Origin: Bacteroidota bacterium
GTDB taxonomy: Bacteria > Bacteroidota > Ignavibacteria > UBA10030 > UBA6906
NCBI GenBank assembly: GCA_030835135.1
Contig: JAUQWO010000076.1
Coordinates: forward strand, 77,102 to 141,101
DNA length: 64,000 nucleotides
Direction: 5' to 3'
Positions within the stretch are counted from its first letter, which is position 1. Every line of letters begins with the position of its first letter. The position numbers were made by a program, and so were the translations under genes. A model generated the notes under the pieces. It saw nothing but the letters and a program-made list of their open reading frames with translations. It had not been told where the DNA came from and made no database searches. Shown here in pieces: positions 1 through 8,177 of the stretch.

Positions 1-624
1 TTCCGGGAGATCTACGGCCTGGACCTCGTGGCCACAGACCTGGACAGATCACTGCTCGCCCATGGCGTGCAGCCCGGCGACGTGACCGACGTCGTCCTGA
101 CCCATCTGCATTTCGACCATGCCGGCGGGGCCACACGGCGCACCGCCCGGGGACTGGAACCGTCGTTCCCCCATGCGCGGTACCACGTGCAACGCGACCA
201 TCTTGCGGCTGCGCTTGCGCCGAGCGAACGCGACCGCGCGAGTTTCCTGCATGACGATTTCCAACCGCTGATCCATGCACACCAGCTCGTCCAGGTGGAA
301 GGTGAACGGGAGTTGTTCCCCGGGTTCCGCGTGATCACGATGTCCGGGCACACGACGGCGCTCCAGTGCCCTCTCATCAGCGACGGGCAGACAACGCTGC
401 TGTATTGTGCGGACCTGATCCCCCTGCACAGCCATTGTCAGCTCCCCTGGATCATGGGGTATGACCTGCGACCGCTGGTGACGCTGGAAGAAAAGAGGAA
501 GGTGTTGACACGGGCCGCGGAGGAACAATGGGTGTTGTTCTTCGAACACGATCCAGCCATCGCGGCCGGCCGCGTGGAACGGACCGACAGGGGGTTCAGG
601 TTCGGCGAACAGATCGCATTGTGA
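1..624 (+). CDS. MBL-fold metallo-hydrolase, 5' partial (runs off the window start)
   Basis: The ORF stays open in frame from nt 1. It carries the metallo-beta-lactamase-fold motif THLHFDHAGG (HxHxDH). Confidence 0.7.
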   Translation, partial: FREIYGLDLVATDLDRSLLAHGVQPGDVTDVVLTHLHFDHAGGATRRTARGLEPSFPHARYHVQRDHLAAALAPSERDRASFLHDDFQPLIHAHQLVQVEGERELFPGFRVITMSGHTTALQCPLISDGQTTLLYCADLIPLHSHCQLPWIMGYDLRPLVTLEEKRKVLTRAAEEQWVLFFEHDPAIAAGRVERTDRGFRFGEQIAL

Positions 625-631
625 GGAACCG

Positions 632-958
632 ATGGCAGGACAGCTGGTCAAGGTCGCGACACTCGAAGATTTTCCGCTACGCCGGGCCGTTCGTGTGGTC
701 CTGCCGGACGATGAGGTCGCCGTATGGAAGGTGGACGGGTGCTACTATGCCGTGAGTGCGATCTGCCGGCACCATCATGTGCCCACATTGCACGAGGGGA
801 TGCGCGATGGGCTCGAGGTGATGTGTCCGTTGCACGGGTGGACGTATTCGATCGTGACCGGCGAAGCCACAGGGGGCGGGGGCAAAGTGCGCGTGTATCC
901 GACGTCCGTGAAGGACGGGGCGGTGTGGATCATGGTGCCGGAGGAGTCCGGTGACTGA
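632..958 (+). CDS. Rieske [2Fe-2S] domain protein (NirD-like small subunit)
   Basis: 108 aa. CRHHH ... CPLHGW gives the CxH / CxxH Rieske ligand pair. The stop overlaps the queG GTG start. Confidence 0.7.
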   Translation: MAGQLVKVATLEDFPLRRAVRVVLPDDEVAVWKVDGCYYAVSAICRHHHVPTLHEGMRDGLEVMCPLHGWTYSIVTGEATGGGGKVRVYPTSVKDGAVWIMVPEESGD

Positions 959-1892
959 CGTCCGGGAGAGGACGGCGGCGGTCAAGCACCGCGCACGCGC
1001 TCTGGGGTTCTCCGCCGTTGGCATCGCGGATGCGCAGGACCGCGGTGAGGATGCCGTACGGCTGCGGCAGTGGCTCGATCGCGGGTATGCGGCGTCGATG
1101 CGGTGGATGGAACGGCGCACGACCGAACGCGGCGATCCCTCTGTTCTGCTCCCGGGCATCCGTTCCATCATCGTCGTGTCGATGAATTACTTCGAGCCCA
1201 CGCCGGTGCCCGACGATGGCCCGAAGATCTCGCGGTATGCGCGCGGGGACGACTACCATGGGGTGATGGGCAACCGCATGACGGAGTTCGTGCGCTGGTT
1301 GGAAGAGGTGGTGCCGGGCACGACCTCGAAATGGTATGTCGATACCGGCCCCGTGATGGAGAAGCCCTGGGCGCAGCGGGCGGGGATCGGGTGGATCGGG
1401 AAGCACACCACGCTCATCGCTCATGAGGATGGCTCCTGGGTGTTCCTCGGTGTGGTGCTGACCACCGCGGAGCTCGCGCCCGATGAGCCGGCAGTGGACC
1501 GCTGCGGCAGCTGCACGGCATGCATCGATGCATGTCCGACCGGCGCGATCGTTGAACCGTATGTACTGGATGCGGGAAAATGCATTGCGTATCTTACGAT
1601 CGAGCACCGTGGGCCGTTCGATCCGGACAGTGAAGCCTCGCTCGACGGTTGGATCTTCGGGTGTGATGTCTGTCAGGACGTGTGTCCGTGGAATGCGAAA
1701 CGTGCCCATCCGACCGCGGAGGCAGCATTCGCGCCGCGCAGCGTAACGGTCGCGCCGGACGCTGAGTTCCTCTCCGGACTCGACGAACAGCACTTTGCGG
1801 AGCTCTTTGCCGGAACGCCCGTGCTGCGGGCGAAGGCCGCCGGCATGCAGCGCAACTGTCTCGCCTATCGGCGCGGTCTGCGGCCGCGCTGA
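951..1892 (+). CDS. queG: tRNA epoxyqueuosine(34) reductase
   Basis: GTG start. Two 4Fe-4S ferredoxin motifs (CGSCTACIDACP and CDVCQDVCPWN). Full-length QueG-like architecture, 313 aa. Confidence 0.85.
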   Translation: MTDVRERTAAVKHRARALGFSAVGIADAQDRGEDAVRLRQWLDRGYAASMRWMERRTTERGDPSVLLPGIRSIIVVSMNYFEPTPVPDDGPKISRYARGDDYHGVMGNRMTEFVRWLEEVVPGTTSKWYVDTGPVMEKPWAQRAGIGWIGKHTTLIAHEDGSWVFLGVVLTTAELAPDEPAVDRCGSCTACIDACPTGAIVEPYVLDAGKCIAYLTIEHRGPFDPDSEASLDGWIFGCDVCQDVCPWNAKRAHPTAEAAFAPRSVTVAPDAEFLSGLDEQHFAELFAGTPVLRAKAAGMQRNCLAYRRGLRPR

Positions 1893-1948
1893 CCCGAAGG
1901 GGCGATCGCACGCATCCTATCCATACTGAGACCATCCCGGAGATTTCC

Positions 1949-2893
1949 ATGGCAACGCATCAGAAAGTCATCATCGTCGGTTCCGGCCCGGCCGGGCTCA
2001 CCGCCGCGCTGTATACCGCGCGGGCGAACCTGAGTCCTGTGGTCTTCGAAGGGATCCAACCCGGCGGACAGCTGACCATCACCACGGAAGTAGAGAACTA
2101 TCCCGGCTTTCCCGGCGGTATCATGGGACCCGAGCTGATGGAGCACATGCGGAACCAGGCGCAGAAGTTCGGTGCACAGTCGGTCTTCAAGAACATCACG
2201 AAGGTGGACCTGGGTGTGCGTCCGTTCCGTCTCTGGGCCGACAGCGAGGAGTTCACGGCTGATGCCGTGATCGTGGCGACCGGCGCATCGGCAAAACTGC
2301 TTGGCCTGCCGTCGGAGAAGGAGTACATGGGATACGGGGTATCGGCCTGTGCGACGTGCGACGGGTTCTTCTATCGCGGGCTCGAAGTCGTGGTGGTCGG
2401 GGGCGGCGATACGGCGGTGGAGGAAGCAACGTTCCTGACCCGTTTTGCGACGAAGGTGACGATCATTCATCGGCGTGACACGTTGCGGGCATCGAAGGTG
2501 ATGCAGGAGAAGGCCGCGAAGAATCCGAAGATCGCTTTCGCATGGGATTCGGTGATCGATGAGATCCTCGGAAAGTCGGAGAACGGCAAGAAAGTCGTGA
2601 CCGGCATACGGCTCCGGAACATCAAGACCGGCGCGGTAACGGAGATGAAGACCGATGGTGTGTTCATGGGGATCGGTCATCAGCCGAATACGGGTCTCTT
2701 TTCGGGGCAGTTGGACATGGATAGTGTGGGGTATCTTGTGACGAAGGAGAGGTCGACACGGACCAATATCCCCGGGGTCTTCGCTGCGGGGGATGTTGCC
2801 GATAGCGTGTATCGCCAGGCGATCACCGCGGCCGGGTCGGGATGCCAGGCAGCGCTCGATGCGGAACGGTGGCTGGAAGAGCAGCATACGTGA
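1949..2893 (+). CDS. trxB: thioredoxin-disulfide reductase
   Basis: GSGPAG FAD-binding motif, redox-active CATC, a second GGGDTA NADPH motif, 314 aa. Confidence 0.9.
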   Translation: MATHQKVIIVGSGPAGLTAALYTARANLSPVVFEGIQPGGQLTITTEVENYPGFPGGIMGPELMEHMRNQAQKFGAQSVFKNITKVDLGVRPFRLWADSEEFTADAVIVATGASAKLLGLPSEKEYMGYGVSACATCDGFFYRGLEVVVVGGGDTAVEEATFLTRFATKVTIIHRRDTLRASKVMQEKAAKNPKIAFAWDSVIDEILGKSENGKKVVTGIRLRNIKTGAVTEMKTDGVFMGIGHQPNTGLFSGQLDMDSVGYLVTKERSTRTNIPGVFAAGDVADSVYRQAITAAGSGCQAALDAERWLEEQHT

Positions 2894-2920
2894 GACACAA
2901 GCCAGCCAGGCACAATCGAG

Positions 2921-2956
2921 GGTGGGCGCAAGGATGCGCCCACCCTTTCTTTTTTG
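2921..2956 (+). terminator. rho-independent terminator after trxB
   Basis: Stem GGTGGGCGC / GCGCCCACC with loop AAGGAT, followed by CTTTCTTTTTTG. Confidence 0.6.
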
Positions 2957-2960
2957 TGCA

Positions 2961-2998
2961 TGCGCCAATTTGACGCTATTGAGTGCCGTATTGGCGCA
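2961..2998. promoter_or_regulatory. perfect 9-bp inverted repeat TGCGCCAAT-N20-ATTGGCGCA upstream of the sHSP cluster
   Basis: Read directly in the AT-rich intergenic region 5' of the first Hsp20 gene. Candidate operator. Confidence 0.3.
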
Positions 2999-3032
2999 TG
3001 AACTGCCATGCAGTCAGGTTAGTGGTGTCTAA

Positions 3033-3052
3033 ATGGCATGACAATATGCCAT
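3033..3052. promoter_or_regulatory. perfect inverted repeat ATGGCAT-GACAAT-ATGCCAT upstream of the sHSP cluster
   Basis: 7-6-7 palindrome about 150 bp upstream of the Hsp20 start. Candidate repressor site. It is not a CIRCE element. Confidence 0.3.
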
Positions 3053-3199
3053 AATGACGCACAAATTCTTGTGGTCTTCGCTCGGCAACTGTTAATTCAT
3101 TGATAGCAAATGAGTTAAAAAAATGGCACGCCGATTGAATTATCAGTGTCAGAGCTGAGACAACAACACAACCACTACTTGTTCACAGGAGATACAACA

Positions 3200-3646
3200 A
3201 TGATGATGCGCATCGAGCGTTTCCCGGTCATTCGTCCGGCACTCCACAATATCCTGAATCTCGAGAAGGAGCTGGAATCCTTGTTCGGCACAGACACCTA
3301 TCCTGTTGCACCCGCGGCCCGTCACCGTTCTCCGCTGATCAATGTCGCCGAGAGCGAGAAAGAAACGGTCGTGACGATGGAGCTTCCGGGTGTGTCCCGG
3401 GAGGACATCAAGATCGCGTTCGAGGGTGGCGTTCTCTCGATCAGCGGTGAGCGCAAGGAGCGTCAGCTTCCGGAGGGTGCGCGGTGGGTGCGCAATGAGT
3501 CCTTTGCGGGCACGTTCCGGCGCGATCTGCGTCTGGCGAAGCCTGTCAACGCCGGCGCGATCAGTGCAGAGCTGAAGAATGGCGTGCTGCAGATCGTCGT
3601 CCCCACCGCGGAAGAAGCCCGTCCGCGTGAGATCTCGATCCGATAA
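3200..3646 (+). CDS. Hsp20/alpha-crystallin family small heat-shock protein (copy 1)
   Basis: Alpha-crystallin domain (ELPGV..DI.I....L.I.GE). Start taken at the ATG that follows GGAGA. The ORF track begins at 3146. Confidence 0.8.
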   Translation: MMMRIERFPVIRPALHNILNLEKELESLFGTDTYPVAPAARHRSPLINVAESEKETVVTMELPGVSREDIKIAFEGGVLSISGERKERQLPEGARWVRNESFAGTFRRDLRLAKPVNAGAISAELKNGVLQIVVPTAEEARPREISIR

Positions 3647-3655
3647 CCAGGGAGA

Positions 3656-4045
3656 ATGACCATCATGGAAAAGTCCATCGACGTACGCGATCAACAGACG
3701 AACAGCGACACCGCCTATGACCGTTGCCGGATCCCCGCGGCGGATGTGTATGAAACGAGCGACGCCTTCGTGCTGATGCTCGATCTGCCGGGCGTGGTCA
3801 AGGAAGGGATCTCGCTGATTCACGAGAAAGGCGAATTGAAGGTCCGCGCGGTTGCCGCGGCCGGTCAGCCATCCGACATGAAGGTGCTGGTCCGCGAGGT
3901 GCGTCCGGCCACCTACTCCCGGACCTTCACGCTGGGAGACGGCATCGATACGGAGAGCATCGATGCGCGGTTCGACTCGGGTGTTTTGACCGTGAAATTG
4001 CTGAAGAGTGCGGCCTCCAGGTCGCGCGAGATCACCATCAATTAA
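3656..4045 (+). CDS. Hsp20 family small heat-shock protein (copy 2)
   Basis: DLPGV...GELKV alpha-crystallin core. Own ribosome-binding site (RBS). Confidence 0.8.
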   Translation: MTIMEKSIDVRDQQTNSDTAYDRCRIPAADVYETSDAFVLMLDLPGVVKEGISLIHEKGELKVRAVAAAGQPSDMKVLVREVRPATYSRTFTLGDGIDTESIDARFDSGVLTVKLLKSAASRSREITIN

Positions 4046-4075
4046 TACATACGTGAGAGAGAGGAGGAACCACCG

Positions 4076-4543
4076 ATGACACTGATGCGCTGGACACCAG
4101 CACGTGAACTTCCGACATTGCCGTCGGAGGTGTGGTCGATGCAGAGGGAGATCAACCGGATGTTCGACAACTTCTTCCGCGGCAACGCAGGAGAGGAAGC
4201 ACTGCAGATGCCGTCGTGGGACCCGGCCGTGGATGTGGCCGAGAACGACGATGCCTACGTGGTGAAAGTCGAACTCCCCGGTGTGAACCGGAACGATGTC
4301 AAGATCGTCGTTCAGGACCGCCAGCTCACCATCCGCGGGGAGAAGAAGCAGGAGAAGGATGCCCGGGAGGCGAACTACCACCGGATCGAGCGGAGTTATG
4401 GCGCCTTCCAGCGGACCTTCACGCTGCCGTCGGGTGTCAAATCCGACAAGATCGAAGCCGCTTACACCGATGGGATCCTGGCGGTCACCCTGCCCAAGGC
4501 CGAAGAAGCCAGAGCAAAGGAGATCGAGGTCCGGGTGAAGTGA
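4076..4543 (+). CDS. Hsp20 family small heat-shock protein (copy 3)
   Basis: VELPGVNRNDVKIVVQDRQLTIRGEKK with C-terminal I-x-V. RBS GAGAGGAGG. Confidence 0.85.
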   Translation: MTLMRWTPARELPTLPSEVWSMQREINRMFDNFFRGNAGEEALQMPSWDPAVDVAENDDAYVVKVELPGVNRNDVKIVVQDRQLTIRGEKKQEKDAREANYHRIERSYGAFQRTFTLPSGVKSDKIEAAYTDGILAVTLPKAEEARAKEIEVRVK

Positions 4544-4570
4544 CCCGGCAGTACCCCTCCGTTTCACCAG

Positions 4571-4610
4571 TGCAACAGGGCCCGCTCCGGCGGGCCCTGT
4601 TGCATTTCCG
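4571..4610 (+). terminator. rho-independent terminator after the sHSP cluster
   Basis: 15-bp perfect stem TGCAACAGGGCCCGC / GCGGGCCCTGTTGCA with loop TCCG, then a T-rich tail. Confidence 0.6.
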
Positions 4611-4690
4611 CACGTTTGTTGACTCTTTCTCGTTGTTTTATTATTATATTGTAAATCAACAACTTACAGCACCCTCCCGGGTCGGTCCCC

Positions 4691-5599
4691 ATGTCGAAAT
4701 CCACGAAGTGGTTCCTTGTCATCCTGGGCATTGTTCTCGTCACCGGCCTTCTCATCACCGTCGTTTTCGTCTCGATGCTCGGCACCATCGGGAGCGGCGG
4801 CACTGAGACGGTCACGACGGGATCGGGCGACAAGATCGGCGTGGTCGAACTCCAGGGCGTGATCACCTCGTCGGAGGAATTCGTCCGCCAGGTGAAGAAG
4901 TTCCGTGAGCAGTCCTCCATCCGCGCGATCCTCATCCGCATCGATTCGCCGGGTGGCGGAGTGGTGGCGAGTCAGGAAATGTATGAAGAAGTGCGCAAGA
5001 CCCGCGAGAGCGGCAAGCCCGTGGTGGTGTCGATGGGCTCTCTCGCGGCGAGTGGCGGGTACTATGTTGCCTGTGGCGCATCGCGGCTCGTGGCGAACCG
5101 CGGGACGCTCACCGGCAGCATCGGCGTGATCTCCGAGTTCCTGCAGATGCATGAATTGCTCGGGAAGGTCGGCGTGGACTTCAAGACGATCAAGTCGGGT
5201 GCCCTGAAGGACGCCGGTTCGTCCACGCGTCCGATGACGGAGAGAGACCAGCGGTATTTCCAGGCGCTCATGGACGACGTGCACCGGCAGTTCATGACGG
5301 TCGTTGCGGATGAGCGCGGGTTCGATTCGGCGTATGTCCGTGAACTGGCCGATGGCCGCGTGTACACGGGAGAGCAGGCGGTGGAGGTGGGGTTGGTGGA
5401 CACGATCGGGACCTATGAGGATGCGATCCAGATCACGGCGGAGATCGCGGGCATCGACGGTGAGCCGTCGCTGGTCCGGGAGAAGAAACGCCGCACATGG
5501 TTGGAGTCGATGACGGGTGATGTGACGGAGCAGGTGCGTGCCGCGACGCAGGAGATGTTGTCGTGGCCGGTGATGTCGTTCAGGTTCACGGGCCGGTAG
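4691..5599 (+). CDS. sppA: signal peptide peptidase SppA (36K type)
   Basis: N-terminal transmembrane (TM) helix, ClpP/crotonase-fold S49 peptidase. Includes IDSPGGGV and SLAASGGYY segments. Confidence 0.85.
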   Translation: MSKSTKWFLVILGIVLVTGLLITVVFVSMLGTIGSGGTETVTTGSGDKIGVVELQGVITSSEEFVRQVKKFREQSSIRAILIRIDSPGGGVVASQEMYEEVRKTRESGKPVVVSMGSLAASGGYYVACGASRLVANRGTLTGSIGVISEFLQMHELLGKVGVDFKTIKSGALKDAGSSTRPMTERDQRYFQALMDDVHRQFMTVVADERGFDSAYVRELADGRVYTGEQAVEVGLVDTIGTYEDAIQITAEIAGIDGEPSLVREKKRRTWLESMTGDVTEQVRAATQEMLSWPVMSFRFTGR

Positions 5600-5648
5600 G
5601 GAGCCCCGGGGTACGCGGGACAGACCAATCACTTCAGGAGGATCGGCG

Positions 5649-5948
5649 GTGACAAAAGCGGACATTGTGGATACGATTGCGACTGCCACCGGACTAACGA
5701 AGGTTGAGACCGAGGCGGTGGTGGACGGCTTCATTTCCACGGTCATCAATGCGCTGAAGGAAGGGAAGAACATCGAGATCCGCGGCTTCGGGAGTTACAA
5801 GGTGAAGAAGCGGAAGGGTCGTGTCGCGCGCAATCCGCGCACCGGCGAGCAGGTGATGGTGGACGAGCACTGGGTGCCATTGTTCAAGGTGTCCAAGGAA
5901 GTGAAGACGCTCGTCAATGAGAACATGAAGAAATCAGCACAGCCGTAA
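5649..5948 (+). CDS. HU family DNA-binding protein
   Basis: GTG start after GGAGGA. RGFGSYKVKKRKGRVARNPRTGE is the HU/IHF arm signature. 99 aa. Confidence 0.85.
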   Translation: MTKADIVDTIATATGLTKVETEAVVDGFISTVINALKEGKNIEIRGFGSYKVKKRKGRVARNPRTGEQVMVDEHWVPLFKVSKEVKTLVNENMKKSAQP

Positions 5949-5959
5949 GGGACGGGACG

Positions 5960-6817
5960 ATGGCGGAGGCGAAAGCGATCTGTGGCTCCTGTGGAGCCGG
6001 TGTCACATTCGGTGCGGAGCGGTGTTCTGCGTGCGGCGAGCGGTTGTCGTGGAGCGGCGGGGCACCGGCAGCGGGTGCCGGCAGGGCGTGCCTGACATGC
6101 GGCCAGTTGAATGAGCCGGGAGCGGCGACGTGTTCATCCTGCGGGGCGAAGCTCGGTGCGGCACACGGGCAACGGGGCGGTCAGCAGAAGAAGCAGGCCG
6201 CGCGTGAGGCGAAGCCGAAGCGTACGATCGAGCCATGGCAGATCATTGCGGTCGTGGCGATCCTTGCGCTGGTTGGCGTGCTTGCCTACGTGGAACTCGC
6301 GCGCGATCATGCCCCGGCGGCAGCGCCCGCGCAGGCCGCCGGTCCGATGACCATGCCGCCGATGATGCAGCAGCAGCCGGTGGTGGATATTGCCGCACTG
6401 GAAGCGGCCGTCAAGGCGAGTCCGAACGACCCGCAAGCCGTTCTGGCCCTGGCCAACGGTCTGCACGACAACGCCGACTATCTGCGCGCCGTGGAGGTGT
6501 ACGCGAAGTATTTGAAGACGCATCCCAAGGATCCTGATGCCCGGGTGGATATGGGTGTCTGTTATTATCAGCTCGGGATGCAGGACACCGTGAACACGGC
6601 GCGCTATTTCGCGCTGGCGATCACGGAGATGGAGGCCGCGGTGCGCGGCACGCCGACGCATCAGCCGGCGGCCTTCAATCTGGGTGTGGTCAACCTGCAG
6701 AAGGGCGATCTCGACGTATCGAACCGGTGGTTCCGCAAGGCGGTGGAGCTGGGTCCGACGACGGATCTCGGCACGAGGGCCCAGCGGATGCTGCAGCAAC
6801 ATTCATCTATTCCCTAA
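5960..6817 (+). CDS. membrane protein with an N-terminal double zinc-ribbon and a periplasmic TPR-like domain
   Basis: Two CxxC...CxxC pairs, one TM helix (WQIIAVVAILALVGVLAYV), and a TPR-like C-terminus. Confidence 0.5.
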   Translation: MAEAKAICGSCGAGVTFGAERCSACGERLSWSGGAPAAGAGRACLTCGQLNEPGAATCSSCGAKLGAAHGQRGGQQKKQAAREAKPKRTIEPWQIIAVVAILALVGVLAYVELARDHAPAAAPAQAAGPMTMPPMMQQQPVVDIAALEAAVKASPNDPQAVLALANGLHDNADYLRAVEVYAKYLKTHPKDPDARVDMGVCYYQLGMQDTVNTARYFALAITEMEAAVRGTPTHQPAAFNLGVVNLQKGDLDVSNRWFRKAVELGPTTDLGTRAQRMLQQHSSIP

Positions 6818-6839
6818 GTGAACGAAGAAAGGAGGCATC

Positions 6840-6935
6840 ATGCCCTGCGGTAAGAAGCGCAAGCGCCACAAGATGGCGACCCATAAGCGCAAGAAGCGGC
6901 TGAGAAAACAGCGCCACAAGAAGAAGCTCCGCTAG
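6840..6935 (+). CDS. 31-aa highly basic micro-protein, AURKAIP1/COX24 (mitoribosomal mS38 C-terminal domain)-like
   Basis: MPCGKKRKRHKMATHKRKKRLRKQRHKKKLR. The strong RBS AAAGGAGG sits 6 nt upstream. Absent from the ORF track because it is under 60 aa. A hairpin (7005-7023) follows. Confidence 0.45.
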   Translation: MPCGKKRKRHKMATHKRKKRLRKQRHKKKLR

Positions 6936-7082
6936 CGCCCGTCCGCTGGCTGATCGGCGCTGGACCCGGGCAGATGGTTTGCGCAGGGCGTGAACGGCAG
7001 GCAGGGGTCCCGGACCGGGACCCGCTGTCTGCAGGGTCTTCACGGCACATGCGCACCGCTGCCCGTTGAGGGTCCGGCGGCG

Positions 7083-7111
7083 TTGCATTTCGTTGTGGAT
7101 TGTACTATACT
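7083..7111 (+). promoter_or_regulatory. sigma70-like promoter TTGCAT-N17-TATACT
   Basis: Read directly 38 to 50 nt upstream of the ytxH-like start. Confidence 0.4.
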
Positions 7112-7160
7112 TTTTTTGTTCCCCACTCCACGTCTGTGTTCCATCAGGATGAGGCGTACT

Positions 7161-7556
7161 ATGACGAAGAACGAGGGCATGCTGAAGGGCCTGGTGATCG
7201 GCCTGCTCGCCGGCGGAGCCATCGGTGCCGTGGTCGCATTGCTGTATGCGCCCAAGAGCGGCCGTGAGCTGCGCGCGGACCTGAAGGAGAAGGCCGATGA
7301 GTTCCGTGATGATGCGGAAGAATACCTCACCGTCGCGCGTACGAAGGCCGGCGACATGGTGAGTGAGGCCAAGAAGCGCTCGGAAAGCCTGATCACCGAC
7401 GCGAAGCGGAAAGCCGATACGTTGCTGGTGGATGCAGAAAAAGTGTTGACCGACGCTCGCTCGAAGACCGGCTCGGTGGCGGAAGAAGCGTCGCGCGTGA
7501 AACACGCGATGAAGGCCGGCATGGATGCCTATAAAGAAGAGCGTCGCCGCTCCTGA
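7161..7556 (+). CDS. YtxH domain-containing protein
   Basis: GLLAGGAIGAVVALLYAPKSGRELR is the YtxH signature. Alternative ATG at 7149. The ORF-track N-terminus at 6990 is spurious (it spans the promoter). Confidence 0.6.
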   Translation: MTKNEGMLKGLVIGLLAGGAIGAVVALLYAPKSGRELRADLKEKADEFRDDAEEYLTVARTKAGDMVSEAKKRSESLITDAKRKADTLLVDAEKVLTDARSKTGSVAEEASRVKHAMKAGMDAYKEERRRS

Positions 7557-7586
7557 GCGGCCCCGCATGCGATCAAGGAGGAGTTT

Positions 7587-7973
7587 GTGGAACTCGCACT
7601 CAACCTAGCCCAGATCATCGCTCTGCTCTGTCTGTCTGCCCTCTGTATCTACATGATCGTCGTCCTGCTGCGGCTCCGTGATGTCATCACCAGCCTGGAG
7701 AAGGACGTGAAGGAGATCACCACCCGCGCCATCCCTGTTCTCGACAATATGGAGTACATCACCACGCGGGTGAAGAGCATCACCGACAATATCGATGACC
7801 AGGTGGCCGCGGTCCGCGAATCCATCGGGTCCATCAGGGCCATTGCTGACAATGTTGTGGACCTCGAGCGGCGCGTCCAGGAACGCATCGAGGGACCGAT
7901 CCTGGAGACCGTCGGTTTCGTTGCCGCGGTCTTCAAAGGTGTACGGACTTTTTTTGACCGCGTCCGCATCTGA
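7587..7973 (+). CDS. DUF948 domain-containing membrane protein
   Basis: GTG start after AAGGAGGAG. N-terminal TM helix plus coiled-coil, typical of the DUF948 partner of YtxH. Confidence 0.55.
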   Translation: MELALNLAQIIALLCLSALCIYMIVVLLRLRDVITSLEKDVKEITTRAIPVLDNMEYITTRVKSITDNIDDQVAAVRESIGSIRAIADNVVDLERRVQERIEGPILETVGFVAAVFKGVRTFFDRVRI

Positions 7974-8177
7974 CGTGCCGGCGTCCCACGCCGTCTGACC
8001 GGCACACCATGCCTGCGGAGAGCCGCAGTATGCACGGTGGCCGCTCCCGCCCGCGGTAGCGACCAGCGTGTCCCCGTGGTTCCCCTTGCGTGAACACTGT
8101 TCTGTCCCAACCACCGCCGCCACAGTCCCCGCGGACTGTTCTCGCCGGCGTTTCAGACTGGAGGATCCAGAGACCCC

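Noticed and set aside
2957-3199. CIRCE / ROSE / fourU elements upstream of the sHSP genes
   Set aside because: No TTAGCACTC-N9-GAGTGCTAA and no anti-SD pairing segment were found. Only the two unrelated palindromes are reported.
3149-4567. 472-aa ORF on the minus strand
   Set aside because: It spans three sHSP genes and their intergenic gaps, and is antisense to all of them.
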